Shown here piece by piece: positions 40,660 to 49,703 of a stretch of 64,000 bases of DNA. The notes below the pieces were generated by a model that had not been told where the DNA came from, ran no database searches, and was given only the letters and a program-made list of their open reading frames with translations. The DNA is taken from positions 80,299 to 144,298 of the forward strand of contig JAIETW010000001.1 of the NCBI GenBank assembly GCA_019744845.1, read 5' to 3'. The stretch is from Patescibacteria group bacterium. GTDB lineage: Bacteria; Patescibacteriota; Minisyncoccia; Phycocordibacterales; Phycocordibacteraceae. The position numbers were made by a program, and so were the translations under genes. Every line of letters starts with the position of its first letter. The first letter of the stretch is position 1.

Positions 40660-42080
40660 GTGAGGTGAATGATCGGCTTGATAGGCATCTCCACTTCTCC
40701 ACGAGCAGTCTTCACTGTCTTGGTGAGGAGTCCATTACTTTGGAGCCACTGTTCAATGTCTTTGGCTCCTGCCTCATCAAGTGAAATGTCATAGAGACCA
40801 GAGTACGAAAGATAGGAATCAATAATATTCACACGTTCCGTCACAAAATACTCAAGAAGAGCTAGTGCTGAAAACTCCGCATGGGGTGCACCTCCGTACG
40901 GGAATCGCTCACGATATCGTGTAGATGCTGCTGGGTGAGGAGCAAGTTCAGACACTTCTGCAGTCCACCATATAAGCGTGCCACGATCTTTCACATATGG
41001 TTCTAGAATTTCTTTTGGAATAGGGACGGTCGGCATCACCACCTCTGCCTGCGATGAATTGAAGTGTGCCATGACCGCAGACGGCAATGCACTCATGTCC
41101 ACGCCATCCGTACACAACGTCTGTACATGCTCTGGAGAAATAGTTCTAATGCTCTCAAGTTTATCATCGTATTTACCGACAACGAGTATCCGTGCATCTG
41201 GTGCATGCACTTGAAGAAACGCCACCGTATTGAGCGCACTTGAACCATCCCCAAATATCAAGACGGTCTGGGGTTTCTCTCCGCTGTGTAGCATCGTACC
41301 AAATGCATCAAAAACACATCCCAGGGGCTCAACGAGTGTGAGCAATTTTCCTCGGGTACGAATATCGGTTTCCACAAATGCACTGAGATTCTTGGGGACC
41401 GGCGTGAGACCAGAGAGAGGGACACGAATCGTACCTGCCACTGCGGTGCCAATAAACTCAGTATGTCCCACCGTCCCTTTTGCAAGATGTCCGCCATCCT
41501 GAGTACGATCACACTGATGTGGCCATCCCGTATCGGGATTGAGCGTATCTGCACGTGAGTGGTCACTGCATACATACGCAGGATTACGAACCGCAAGTCG
41601 TCCTGGTTCTAAATTCTCTTGAAGAGTTACGTTGATTATTTGTTTGGCAAAACCAAGCACTCCGTCAGTAAGCGCTGGGACAAACTGAAGAAGCGGAATA
41701 CGAGGCGCAGTGGGATCAAACTGTACTGCCTGTATGCGGCAGAATCCCTCATGGAACATAGAACGAAGCATTACCCTCTGTGCGTCTAGAATGTGCTCTT
41801 CAGGAATTCCTGCCTCGCGATTGCGGGCAAAGTAATACTCTTGCTTGGATAAGTTTAAAAGGTCTGTTTCAAAGCGAGAAGGAGTCTCTGGAGCTCGTCG
41901 TCCGTAGTAATAAAACTCACTCGCACAGGCTCCTGCTTGGATCTGAGTCACCTCAGCATATCCCTGGGGAATCTGTTCGTCGTACACAAGGGCACCTTCT
42001 GTACACGTGACATGCGGAATGCCGCTCTCATCTGCATCCGCATGTAAATATCTCACTGCTTCTCGTTTGGCTTGAGACAT
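40656..42080 (-). CDS. MDR-superfamily (zinc-type alcohol dehydrogenase-like) protein with a roughly 170-aa N-terminal extension
   Basis: GHTEFIGTAVAG (GHE-type motif), EPLGCVFDAF and a Rossmann segment TVLIFGDGSSALNTVAFLQVH...ILVVG. The start was set at the MSQAKRE Met so it does not overlap tRNA-Ala. The longest ORF ends at 42107. Confidence 0.45.
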   Translation of the reverse strand: MSQAKREAVRYLHADADESGIPHVTCTEGALVYDEQIPQGYAEVTQIQAGACASEFYYYGRRAPETPSRFETDLLNLSKQEYYFARNREAGIPEEHILDAQRVMLRSMFHEGFCRIQAVQFDPTAPRIPLLQFVPALTDGVLGFAKQIINVTLQENLEPGRLAVRNPAYVCSDHSRADTLNPDTGWPHQCDRTQDGGHLAKGTVGHTEFIGTAVAGTIRVPLSGLTPVPKNLSAFVETDIRTRGKLLTLVEPLGCVFDAFGTMLHSGEKPQTVLIFGDGSSALNTVAFLQVHAPDARILVVGKYDDKLESIRTISPEHVQTLCTDGVDMSALPSAVMAHFNSSQAEVVMPTVPIPKEILEPYVKDRGTLIWWTAEVSELAPHPAASTRYRERFPYGGAPHAEFSALALLEYFVTERVNIIDSYLSYSGLYDISLDEAGAKDIEQWLQSNGLLTKTVKTARGEVEMPIKPIIHLT

Positions 42081-42096
42081 GCGTGGGGGTGAAGAT

Positions 42097-42172
42097 TGGT
42101 GGACCATACCGGACTCGAACCGGTCACCTCATCCATGCCATGGATGCGCTCTACCAGATGAGCTAATGGCCC
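42097..42172 (-). tRNA. tRNA-Ala (anticodon GGC); CCA encoded
   Basis: The reverse complement GGGCCATTAGCTCATCTGGTAGAGCGCATCCATGGCATGGATGAGGTGACCGGTTCGAGTCCGGTATGGTCCACCA folds as a cloverleaf. G3:U70 and A73 are Ala identity elements. Anticodon loop ATGGCAT. Confidence 0.85.
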
Positions 42173-42185
42173 TTAGAGAGTCACT

Positions 42186-42668
42186 CTACTGTTTTTTCTT
42201 GAGCGCCTCAAGGTCCTCAAGAACTCGCTTCACATCCATGGTGAGCTGTTCAAGCGTTGCGACATTCGCAGTGGTCTGCGCCTCTGCCTTTTCCTCTTCC
42301 GTCATTTCCTCCACATCCTCTTGAATCTCATCAATGTCTTCATTGATCTCCTCAATATCTTCCTGAATCTCATCCACATCCTCTCCGAGCTCTTCCACGT
42401 CTTCTTGAATTTCATCAATGTCCTCCTCCACCTCACGGAGAGACTCAGTGTTTCGGTTCACCGTCATCTGGATAAGGATGGCGAGGTATATGGCCTCAAG
42501 GGAGACCACGGTCGTAACCACGAGAAGCACTATCTCCCATGAAGCAATGCCGAAGACACCAAGAGAGAATGCGATAGCAAACGCAATGGTGTGTGCGATC
42601 AGAGAAGCCACTGAACCAATAGCTCGGGTAAGACGTTCAACAGGAGTTGGTGCGTGTGGGAGTTTCAT
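42186..42668 (-). CDS. DUF1003 family membrane protein with a C-terminal acidic tandem-repeat tail
   Basis: Two TM helices and the ...LILIQMTVNRNTE... (QNRQ-like) block typical of DUF1003. The C-terminus repeats EDIDEIQEDVEE four times. Confidence 0.55.
   Translation of the reverse strand: MKLPHAPTPVERLTRAIGSVASLIAHTIAFAIAFSLGVFGIASWEIVLLVVTTVVSLEAIYLAILIQMTVNRNTESLREVEEDIDEIQEDVEELGEDVDEIQEDIEEINEDIDEIQEDVEEMTEEEKAEAQTTANVATLEQLTMDVKRVLEDLEALKKKQ
42290..42430. repeat. Imperfect tandem repeat of about 36 nt (about 4 copies) encoding the acidic (E-D/E-I/V-D-E-I-Q-E-D-V-E-E)n tail of the DUF1003 protein
   Basis: Repeated units tcttgaatctcatcaatgtcttc / tcctgaatctcatccacatcctc / tcttgaatttcatcaatgtcctc are visible in the sequence. 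Confidence 0.6.
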
Positions 42669-42735
42669 ACCGCAGTAAGAAGTTGACCTTAGTATACTTC
42701 CTTAAATGATTCAACCTGCTATTCTCCACGACTAT

Positions 42736-42806
42736 CGGGCCGTAGTATACCGGTAGTACGTACGCTTCGGGTGCGTGAAGACCGGGTTCGATTCCCGGCG
42801 GCCCGA
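42736..42806 (+). tRNA. tRNA-Pro (anticodon CGG)
   Basis: CGGGCCGTAGTATACCGGTAGTACGTACGCTTCGGGTGCGTGAAGACCGGGTTCGATTCCCGGCGGCCCGA. The C1:G72 pair is typical of bacterial tRNA-Pro. Anticodon loop TTCGGGT. The antisense ORF 42637..42870 is spurious. Confidence 0.8.
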
Positions 42807-42811
42807 CACTT

Positions 42812-43390
42812 TTATCCAAACAAGAGCGCTTCAAGCGCTTTTCTTTTTTCGGGGTCGTACTTTGCCTCAAGTAAATCTACGGAAATCTCTTTTCCTTGGA
42901 AATCAGGGTGTCGCATGAGTTCAATGACTTCATCAAGGGTAACTTCACGCATCGTGATGCGCTCCCCCGCATCCAAGTGCGGCTCAGTTACCTTCTCTAC
43001 CCCACGACCGATGAATACGTAATAGGCCCAATCAAGCTTAGACACTGGTTGGTACCCCTTCCATAGCACAAGCTCTTTCGCTTCGTATCCTGTTTCCTCA
43101 AGAAGTTCACGGCGTGCAGCAGTCTCTGGATCTTCACCTTCATCTACACGGCCTCCAGGGATGGTGAGGACCGCATCTCGTCCTGGCTGCTCGTCGGTGA
43201 TAAGGAGAATCTTCTTCTCAGCAGTCGTGGCAACGATTGAAACTGTGTCTGGGCGTCGTAGCTTCTCAAAGGTAGCGGTCGTACCGTCAAAAAGTTCCTG
43301 TTCCCACTGATACACATCAAACATGACGCCCGTGAAGACCTTCTTCGCATTATCTGGAATCTTCTGGTGTCCTCCGGGGCGCTGAATCAT
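42812..43390 (-). CDS. NUDIX hydrolase
   Basis: Nudix box GGRVDEGEDPETAARRELLEETG. Length 192 aa. Confidence 0.85.
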   Translation of the reverse strand: MIQRPGGHQKIPDNAKKVFTGVMFDVYQWEQELFDGTTATFEKLRRPDTVSIVATTAEKKILLITDEQPGRDAVLTIPGGRVDEGEDPETAARRELLEETGYEAKELVLWKGYQPVSKLDWAYYVFIGRGVEKVTEPHLDAGERITMREVTLDEVIELMRHPDFQGKEISVDLLEAKYDPEKRKALEALLFG

Positions 43391-43439
43391 TCCCTACAGC
43401 GTAGCATTTAGAGAGTGCCTTTGGTATGTTTCTTCTCAT

Positions 43440-43513
43440 GGGCGATTAGCTCAGCTGGTTAGAGCGTTCGCCTCACACGCGAAAGGTCACAGGTTCGAAT
43501 CCTGTATCGCCCA
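43440..43513 (+). tRNA. tRNA-Val (anticodon CAC)
   Basis: GGGCGATTAGCTCAGCTGGTTAGAGCGTTCGCCTCACACGCGAAAGGTCACAGGTTCGAATCCTGTATCGCCCA. Anticodon loop CTCACAC. Confidence 0.85.
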
Positions 43514-43594
43514 CTATCGCGCAGTCAGCGCCCTTGACGTATTTTCAAGATAGGGGATGCTGTACGGATACAGCTAATAACTAAGACGAATCAC

Positions 43595-43843
43595 ATGCCA
43601 AACGCAGCACTTTCTAAGCCAATGACCCTCTCTGCCGAACTACAGGCAGTTGTCGGTGCAGGTCCTATGCCTCGTTCTGAAGTTACTAAGAAGATCTGGG
43701 AGTACATCAAGAAGAATGACCTCCAGAATCCTAAGAACAAGCGCAACATCCTTGCGGATGACAAGCTTAAGGCTCTTTTCGGAGGTAAGGCAGAAGTCAC
43801 CATGTTTGAGATGACGAAGCTCGTCTCTCCACACATGTCCTAA
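43595..43843 (+). CDS. SWIB/MDM2-domain protein
   Basis: LSAELQAVVGAGPMPRSEVTKKIWEYIKKNDLQNPKNKRNILADDKLKALFGG...TMFEMTKLVSPHM matches the SWIB consensus. Confidence 0.8.
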   Translation: MPNAALSKPMTLSAELQAVVGAGPMPRSEVTKKIWEYIKKNDLQNPKNKRNILADDKLKALFGGKAEVTMFEMTKLVSPHMS

Positions 43844-43866
43844 GCCTAGCGCTTACGGAAGGAACG

Positions 43867-43890
43867 AATCCGCCTCAAGGGCGGATTTTT
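43867..43890 (+). terminator. Rho-independent terminator. A 7-bp GC-rich stem (AATCCGC / GCGGATT) with a 7-nt loop, followed by TTTTT. It sits between the convergent SWIB gene and the small membrane gene.
   Basis: AATCCGCctcaaggGCGGATTTTTC was seen directly in the sequence. Confidence 0.6.
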
Positions 43891-43907
43891 CTTACCTCCC
43901 ATGCGAG

Positions 43908-44105
43908 CTACTTTTTCTTTCCGTTTCCAAGCACGTACTTAAACACAATGGCTCCGTCTATAAGGAGACCCACAAGACCAATGAACGCGAGGAGTGCGAT
44001 GGTCCAATCCGGTACGGGAACTTCGGTGAGATATGCCCACAGTGCAAACGCGAGAATGTACGTGAAGGAAAGGATTCCTAGTACATCAAAGTGTTCGGGT
44101 CGCAT
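43908..44105 (-). CDS. Small 2-TM membrane protein (about 65 aa)
   Basis: MRPEHFDVLGILSFTYILAFALWAYL...IALLAFIGLVGLLIDGAIVF. The longer ORF (to 44189) runs into tRNA-Ala, so the start was set at the internal Met. Confidence 0.4.
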   Translation of the reverse strand: MRPEHFDVLGILSFTYILAFALWAYLTEVPVPDWTIALLAFIGLVGLLIDGAIVFKYVLGNGKKK

Positions 44106-44153
44106 AAGGAAAGTATACGCGAAAAGCGCCTTTGTGGCGCTTTTCTTAACAAG

Positions 44154-44226
44154 TGGACCGTACAGGATTCGAACCTGCGACCCCCTCATTGCAAATGAGG
44201 TGCTCTACCAACTGAGCTAACGGCCC
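44154..44226 (-). tRNA. tRNA-Ala (anticodon UGC)
   Basis: The reverse complement GGGCCGTTAGCTCAGTTGGTAGAGCACCTCATTTGCAATGAGGGGGTCGCAGGTTCGAATCCTGTACGGTCCA has G3:U70 and A73. Anticodon loop TTTGCAA (34-36 = TGC). Confidence 0.85.
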
Positions 44227-44252
44227 GTGAGGGGGACTATACCACACCCCTT

Positions 44253-44585
44253 TTATTTTTCTAATAGGTCTATCTTGGCAGCGAGGATAAAGTCATTCTC
44301 AGAAAGACCTTTTACGGCATGGGTCGTGAGGTGCACCCCTACCTTACCCCAGGAGACGGTGAGATCAGGATGGTGACCCTCTTCTTCTGCTATATCTCCT
44401 ATACGATTCGCAAAGGCCATGGCCTCCTTGAAGTTCTTAAAGGTAAAGTTGCGTGTAATGGACTTCGCGTCCTCTGAGAGAGTCCAGGATGGGGTGTGGG
44501 TTAAAAAGGCTTCTGCATCTCGCTTCGTAAGCGAAGGAATTCCTCCTTCGCAGGCAACGCATTTCTTTTGTGCAAGGTCCGTCAT
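44253..44585 (-). CDS. phhB: Pterin-4a-carbinolamine dehydratase (PCD/DCoH)
   Basis: EEGHHPD motif. Length 110 aa. Confidence 0.8.
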   Translation of the reverse strand: MTDLAQKKCVACEGGIPSLTKRDAEAFLTHTPSWTLSEDAKSITRNFTFKNFKEAMAFANRIGDIAEEEGHHPDLTVSWGKVGVHLTTHAVKGLSENDFILAAKIDLLEK

Positions 44586-45559
44586 ATTTTCTTCTTAATC
44601 GCGAGATGCACGAGGTGAGTAAGAAAGTCTTCAAACTTTACCCCAACCGCCGCAAGTGCTTTTGGCATAAGTGATTGCTCGGTCATACCTGGAAGCGTGT
44701 TGGTTTCCAAGTAGTAGATACCACGAGGAGAAACAATAAAGTCTGAGCGAGAGTAGTGACGAAGTCCAAGAGCTTTGTGTATCTCTTTCGCAGCACGCAT
44801 GAGCTCTTTGGTCACCTCTTTTGGGAATGGTCCTGGGCAAATCTCACGCGTCTCTCCTCCGTACTTTGCGGCATAGGAGAAGAATTGCTCTGAGGGTGGT
44901 GGAATAATCTCAATGGGAGGAAGCACATAGTGCTCCTCATCTCGTAGTCCTTCTACCACCCCAACCGTCGCCTCACGTCCCTGAATACGCTCTTCAATGA
45001 GCACTCCTGCACCTGCATTGAGAATGGCAGTCGCTGCTTCCACAAGCGGATCGTACCCATGGGTGAGCGCCATACCCACTGAAGAACCAGCTGCAACTGG
45101 CTTCACAATCACAGGCTGCAAGAAGGTCTGCACCACCTCATGTGCAATACGTTCCAAATCTTCTGCCTTCTCTACCAAATGATAGCGCGGAGTAAGAAGC
45201 TCAATATCTAGCGCATGCTGCTTTGCCAGCACTTTATGCATTGCAAGGTATGAGGAAAGGGAATTGGAGCCGGTATATGGGACACCAAAGCGTTCTAGAA
45301 GCTTCTGTACTTCCCCATCCTCTCCATATTCACCATGGAGACCAATGACGATAGCATCTACATTCCGGAGCACCCGCTCAGGAGACACAGGAATACCGCG
45401 CTCATGCCAGACACCCTGTCTGTCTATGAAAATATCGCGCGCGGTAAAGCGATCAGCGGGAAGATTCTTAAGGATAGCGGCACCCGTCTTAAGTGAGACG
45501 TCGTGTTCTGAGGAAGGTCCTCCACGCAATACGCCAACGACGGTGCCATGCATACACAA
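44582..45559 (-). CDS. ddl: D-alanine--D-alanine ligase
   Basis: ATP-grasp Ddl blocks (GGPSSEHDVSLKTG, HGEYGEDG, ETNTLPGMTEQS). Length 325 aa. Confidence 0.88.
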   Translation of the reverse strand: MCMHGTVVGVLRGGPSSEHDVSLKTGAAILKNLPADRFTARDIFIDRQGVWHERGIPVSPERVLRNVDAIVIGLHGEYGEDGEVQKLLERFGVPYTGSNSLSSYLAMHKVLAKQHALDIELLTPRYHLVEKAEDLERIAHEVVQTFLQPVIVKPVAAGSSVGMALTHGYDPLVEAATAILNAGAGVLIEERIQGREATVGVVEGLRDEEHYVLPPIEIIPPPSEQFFSYAAKYGGETREICPGPFPKEVTKELMRAAKEIHKALGLRHYSRSDFIVSPRGIYYLETNTLPGMTEQSLMPKALAAVGVKFEDFLTHLVHLAIKKKI

Positions 45560-45568
45560 GAGTATACC

Positions 45569-46825
45569 TTATGACTTTGGCCTCAGGTTTCTCCTCCGAG
45601 CCAATCTATGCCTTCCGAGAGCGAATCTATGTGCCTCCGAGTTTGCAAGTACTGCGTCCGCGTCTGATATGCCTGCCCGAAGGGAGCCCATAACCTCTCG
45701 TGGACGATGCTTCTCATCTTTTACAACCGCAACCACTGGAATACCCACTCCTGCTTCCTTAAGCACTTCCTCCGCAGCTTTCTTATGCGTCTTTCCTCCG
45801 TCTATAACGATTACTTTGGGCATCTGCCACTCAGGATGTCCCAACCGACGATTCAATATCTCTTTTAGAGAAGCAATATCATCATTGAGAGACTTCCCTC
45901 CATATCCACGAATTCTGAAGGTGCGGTAGTCACGCTTCACGGACAAACCGTTCTCTACCACCGTCATGACGCCTATCGCATCGGTACCTGAGATATGTGC
46001 CGTGTCATATGCCTCTATGCGTGGGCCTTCTACCTCTTTGTCCCGATCCTCACGAATCAATGACACGTCTTGTACATGATCTAAAGAGAAGAGCTGTCTC
46101 CGGATAGTGGCCGCATCTTCAAACCGTTCTTCCTTTGCGGCAAGACGCATTTCCTTCTCTAGCGTTGCTTTCAAGGTTTTTACTCGTCCTGAAAGGAAAA
46201 GAGAGACGTTACGAATAGAGCGAAGGTACTCCTTTCGGTCCATGCCACTAGGGTAGTGCCCAATTTGGCGATTAAACTCTACCTTTGCCTTTATGTGCTT
46301 ATTTCCCTCACCTACCGGTCGCTCCGTGTCATAGAACGGGAAAATACGGCGTATAAGGCGCAATGCCTCACGTAGCTGGTATCCAGAGGTGAATGGACCA
46401 TGGGTAGCTTTGAGCTTCACGCTCCCACTTTCCATGTGATCAAAATCTATGTCCTTGCCTCGTATCGCAAGAACGCGAGGAATCTCTTCATCAGTTATCA
46501 CTGCATACAAAAAGCTCTTATCATCTTTCCCCATCGCGTTCCCTGAAGGATGGTATTCACGAATGAGCGCTGCTTCTCGCACCAACGCCTCAAGTACTGT
46601 GGGTGTCGTCTCGTATGACACGTGATCCGCCTTCGTCACCACATCCACCACCCGTGGGCCGCGAGTCGCAATCAAGTCATCATCAAAGTATGAGCGTACC
46701 CGATCGCGCAAGGAACTTGCCTTGCCGACATACAACACTTTCTTTGCACGACCTTTGCCAACAGTAAAAAGATACACGCCAGGAAGTTCAGGAAGATCTA
46801 GTTCTTTAAGGAGTGCGCGTTCCAT
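45569..46825 (-). CDS. uvrC: Excinuclease ABC subunit C, short form (418 aa). GIY-YIG plus the RNase H-like endonuclease domain; the C-terminal HhH region is absent.
   Basis: GIY-YIG: LPGVYLF...LYVGKASSLRDRVRSYF. C-terminal VIVIDGGKTHKKAAEEVLKEAGVGIPVVAVVKDEKH. Confidence 0.8.
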   Translation of the reverse strand: MERALLKELDLPELPGVYLFTVGKGRAKKVLYVGKASSLRDRVRSYFDDDLIATRGPRVVDVVTKADHVSYETTPTVLEALVREAALIREYHPSGNAMGKDDKSFLYAVITDEEIPRVLAIRGKDIDFDHMESGSVKLKATHGPFTSGYQLREALRLIRRIFPFYDTERPVGEGNKHIKAKVEFNRQIGHYPSGMDRKEYLRSIRNVSLFLSGRVKTLKATLEKEMRLAAKEERFEDAATIRRQLFSLDHVQDVSLIREDRDKEVEGPRIEAYDTAHISGTDAIGVMTVVENGLSVKRDYRTFRIRGYGGKSLNDDIASLKEILNRRLGHPEWQMPKVIVIDGGKTHKKAAEEVLKEAGVGIPVVAVVKDEKHRPREVMGSLRAGISDADAVLANSEAHRFALGRHRLARRRNLRPKS

Positions 46826-49455
46826 TACTTCTTCTTACGCTTTCGTAGCGCTTTTGCAAGATACATTCCGGTATGCGACTTCTCTACCTCGGCAACTTCT
46901 TCTGGTGTTCCTTTAGCCACTACTTTTCCGCCACCCGCACCTCCTTCAGGACCAAAGTCTATGACGTAGTCAGAGCTCATAATGAGATCTAGGTTGTGTT
47001 CAATCACGACGACCGTGTTTCCACGACGCACGAGCTCCTGAAGAATCTCAATCAACTTACGCACATCTTCGTAGTGAAGTCCTACCGTTGGCTCATCAAG
47101 AAGATACAGTGTCTTCATGGTAATAGGACGATAGAGCTCAGATGCAATCTTCACTCGCTGTGCCTCTCCTCCTGAAAGAGTTGTGGCACTCTGCCCAAGC
47201 GTCAAATACTCAAGGCCAGTGGAGTTCAAGGTAGTCAACCGATCATTGATAGATGGTATGTCTTTGAAGAACTTCTCTGCATCCTCTACAGTCATCTCAA
47301 GTACTTCAAAGATGTTCTTGCCACGGTACGTCACTTCAAGCGTCTCTTTCATAAAGCGCTTACCGTTACAGACGTCGCAGGTAACATACACCGTCGGAAG
47401 GAAGTGCATCTCAACCGCAATCATGCCGTTACCCTGACAGGCTTCACAGCGTCCTCCTGCGACGTTGAACGAGAAGCGTCCTGGCTTCCAGCCACGCGCA
47501 CGTGCTTCTGGCGTTGCTGCAAAGAGGTCACGAATATGTGTCCATGCACCGGTGTAGGTTGCGGGGTTTGATCGCGGCGTGCGACCAATTGGTGACTGAT
47601 CAATCAATACCGTACGACCGACGTACTCAGTGCCGGTGATAGAGGCGATATGAGAGGGCTTTGCCTGACGACGGGCAAGATTGTTTGCAACGTTCTTATG
47701 CAAAATGTCGTACAGGAAGGTGGACTTTCCAGATCCTGAGACACCCGTGATTGCGACCAATTTTCCAAGTGGCACATCCACATTCTGATTCTTAAGGTTA
47801 TGCAGTGTTGCACCACGAACTTTTATCGCACCCTTCTCACTAGTGCGGCGCTCTTCTGGTACTTCAATCTCCTTCTCCCCGCGAAGATACGAGAGAGTAA
47901 CGGAACCAGAATCATTCTTTGGCGCCGTCAAAAGCTCATCAAGCCATCCTGACACCACCACCCTACCACCGTGCGTTCCCGCGCCAGGACCAATATCTAC
48001 GATGTAATCAGAGGCGTAGATCGTATCTTCATCGTGTTCAACCACGAGAATAGTGTTCCCGAGCTTCTTAAGCGAGAGGAGTGTTTGTATAAGACGATCA
48101 TTGTCGCGCTGGTGGAGACCAATCGTTGGCTCATCAAGCACGTAAAGCGCGCCCACAAGTCCCGTACCGAGCTGTGAGGCAAGGCGAATACGCTGTGCCT
48201 CTCCTCCAGAGAGCGTTGCTGCAGAGCGATTCAAGGTGAGGTAATCAAGGCCGACGTTCAGCATGAACTCAAGTCGGCTCGTGATCTCCCGTACGATTGG
48301 CTTTGCAATCTCTGCACGCATCTCAGAAAGCTTGAGCGCATCCATGAACTCTTTTGCATCCTTAATAGACATGGAAGTGAAGTCCACGACATTGATACCA
48401 AGTCCCTTCTCATTCTTTCGGGTCAAATATACGCGAAGGGCTTCAGGACGAAGACGCTTTCCTTCACAGACGGGACAGACGGCATCTGAGAACAATGACT
48501 CAGTACCAAGACCATTACACTCAGGACAGGCACCATACGGACTGTTAAACGAGAAAAGACGAGGCTCCACTTCTGGGAATGACGCACCATCTTCTGGACA
48601 GATGAATCTTGCAGAGAGTGTTTCTACGCTTCCATCTGCGTGTCCGATCTTTACGAGTCCATCTGCTTCCTTAAGCGCAAGTTCAAGTGCTTCAGAAAGG
48701 CGTTCACGAGCCGCATCAGGACTCTTCACAAACTCAGAGACAAAGATGCTATCTACGATGGCATCAATATCGTGTCGCTTATTACGATCTAGAATTGCTT
48801 TCTCACGAAGTGACTGAGTTTTCCCATCAATCACCACACGCTCATATCCTTTTCCAAGAAGATCGTAGAGCATTTGGTAATACTCACCCTTACGACCAAC
48901 CACCACAGGGGCATAGATAACCACCTGACTGCGGTCAAGCGTGACACCCATTACTTCTTCACCCTTCCCGCCAGTCTTTGCGGCAACGCGAGACATGATA
49001 AGACCGATCATTTCCTCCTTAGAAAGCTTCTCAATTGGCACGTCGTGATGAATACAGTACGGCTGTCCTGCGCGTGCATAGAGCACACGAAGATAGTCGT
49101 AAATCTCTGTGACGGTCGCGACCGTAGAGCGTGGGTTATTTGAACGACTCTTTTGATCAATAGAAATAGCAGGAGACAGACCTGTGATTTCATCCACGTC
49201 TGGCTTCTGCATCTGATTCAAGAACTGACGTGCGTAGGCAGAGAGAGACTCCACGTAGCGACGCTGTCCTTCTGCGAAAATAGTGTCAAAGGCAAGAGAG
49301 GACTTTCCAGATCCTGAAAGACCGGTAAGTACGGTCATAGTGCCTCTCGGCATCTTTACCGAGACATTCTTAAGATTATGGGTACGAGCACCTTTAACGT
49401 GAATCCAGTCTTCACCAGTAAACTGCTCGTGTTCCTGCTTCTTCTTTGGTGCCAT
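46825..49455 (-). CDS. uvrA: Excinuclease ABC subunit A
   Basis: Two ABC ATPase modules ([14 protein letters not shown]; [13 protein letters not shown]), LSGGEAQR signatures twice and zinc-finger Cys clusters. Length 876 aa. Confidence 0.92.
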   Translation of the reverse strand: MAPKKKQEHEQFTGEDWIHVKGARTHNLKNVSVKMPRGTMTVLTGLSGSGKSSLAFDTIFAEGQRRYVESLSAYARQFLNQMQKPDVDEITGLSPAISIDQKSRSNNPRSTVATVTEIYDYLRVLYARAGQPYCIHHDVPIEKLSKEEMIGLIMSRVAAKTGGKGEEVMGVTLDRSQVVIYAPVVVGRKGEYYQMLYDLLGKGYERVVIDGKTQSLREKAILDRNKRHDIDAIVDSIFVSEFVKSPDAARERLSEALELALKEADGLVKIGHADGSVETLSARFICPEDGASFPEVEPRLFSFNSPYGACPECNGLGTESLFSDAVCPVCEGKRLRPEALRVYLTRKNEKGLGINVVDFTSMSIKDAKEFMDALKLSEMRAEIAKPIVREITSRLEFMLNVGLDYLTLNRSAATLSGGEAQRIRLASQLGTGLVGALYVLDEPTIGLHQRDNDRLIQTLLSLKKLGNTILVVEHDEDTIYASDYIVDIGPGAGTHGGRVVVSGWLDELLTAPKNDSGSVTLSYLRGEKEIEVPEERRTSEKGAIKVRGATLHNLKNQNVDVPLGKLVAITGVSGSGKSTFLYDILHKNVANNLARRQAKPSHIASITGTEYVGRTVLIDQSPIGRTPRSNPATYTGAWTHIRDLFAATPEARARGWKPGRFSFNVAGGRCEACQGNGMIAVEMHFLPTVYVTCDVCNGKRFMKETLEVTYRGKNIFEVLEMTVEDAEKFFKDIPSINDRLTTLNSTGLEYLTLGQSATTLSGGEAQRVKIASELYRPITMKTLYLLDEPTVGLHYEDVRKLIEILQELVRRGNTVVVIEHNLDLIMSSDYVIDFGPEGGAGGGKVVAKGTPEEVAEVEKSHTGMYLAKALRKRKKK

Positions 49456-49703
49456 GGTATGGAAAGCCCTGTCCGTGGTGGGACAGGTACGGATAGGATT
49501 ATACCATTTCCCCTTATTTGATACCTACTGCGTTCTTCTCCCAAGGAGGAACGTCAGGATCATAGTAATCCCACCCAATGCCAAAGAAGCCAGTGGGGAT
49601 GAAGAGACGAAATTGTGGACCCTTTAGATCAAGCTCTACACCAAGTGCGAGATAGTGTAATCCGTGGAATTTAAAGAACGCAACAAACTTTCGGTTTTGA
49701 ATA

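Noticed and set aside
42637-42870. 77-aa minus-strand ORF (MRQSTTPKKEKRLKRS...GIEPG...).
   Set aside because: It is antisense to tRNA-Pro(CGG) (GIEPG is the classic translated-tRNA artefact) and overlaps the NUDIX gene, so it is spurious.
44154-44226. A tRNA with Ala identity elements (G3:U70, A73) but an apparent Cys anticodon GCA, which would mis-charge and recode Cys as Ala.
   Set aside because: Re-indexing the 7-nt anticodon loop TTTGCAA puts positions 34-36 at TGC, not GCA. It is an ordinary tRNA-Ala(UGC), fully consistent with its acceptor stem.
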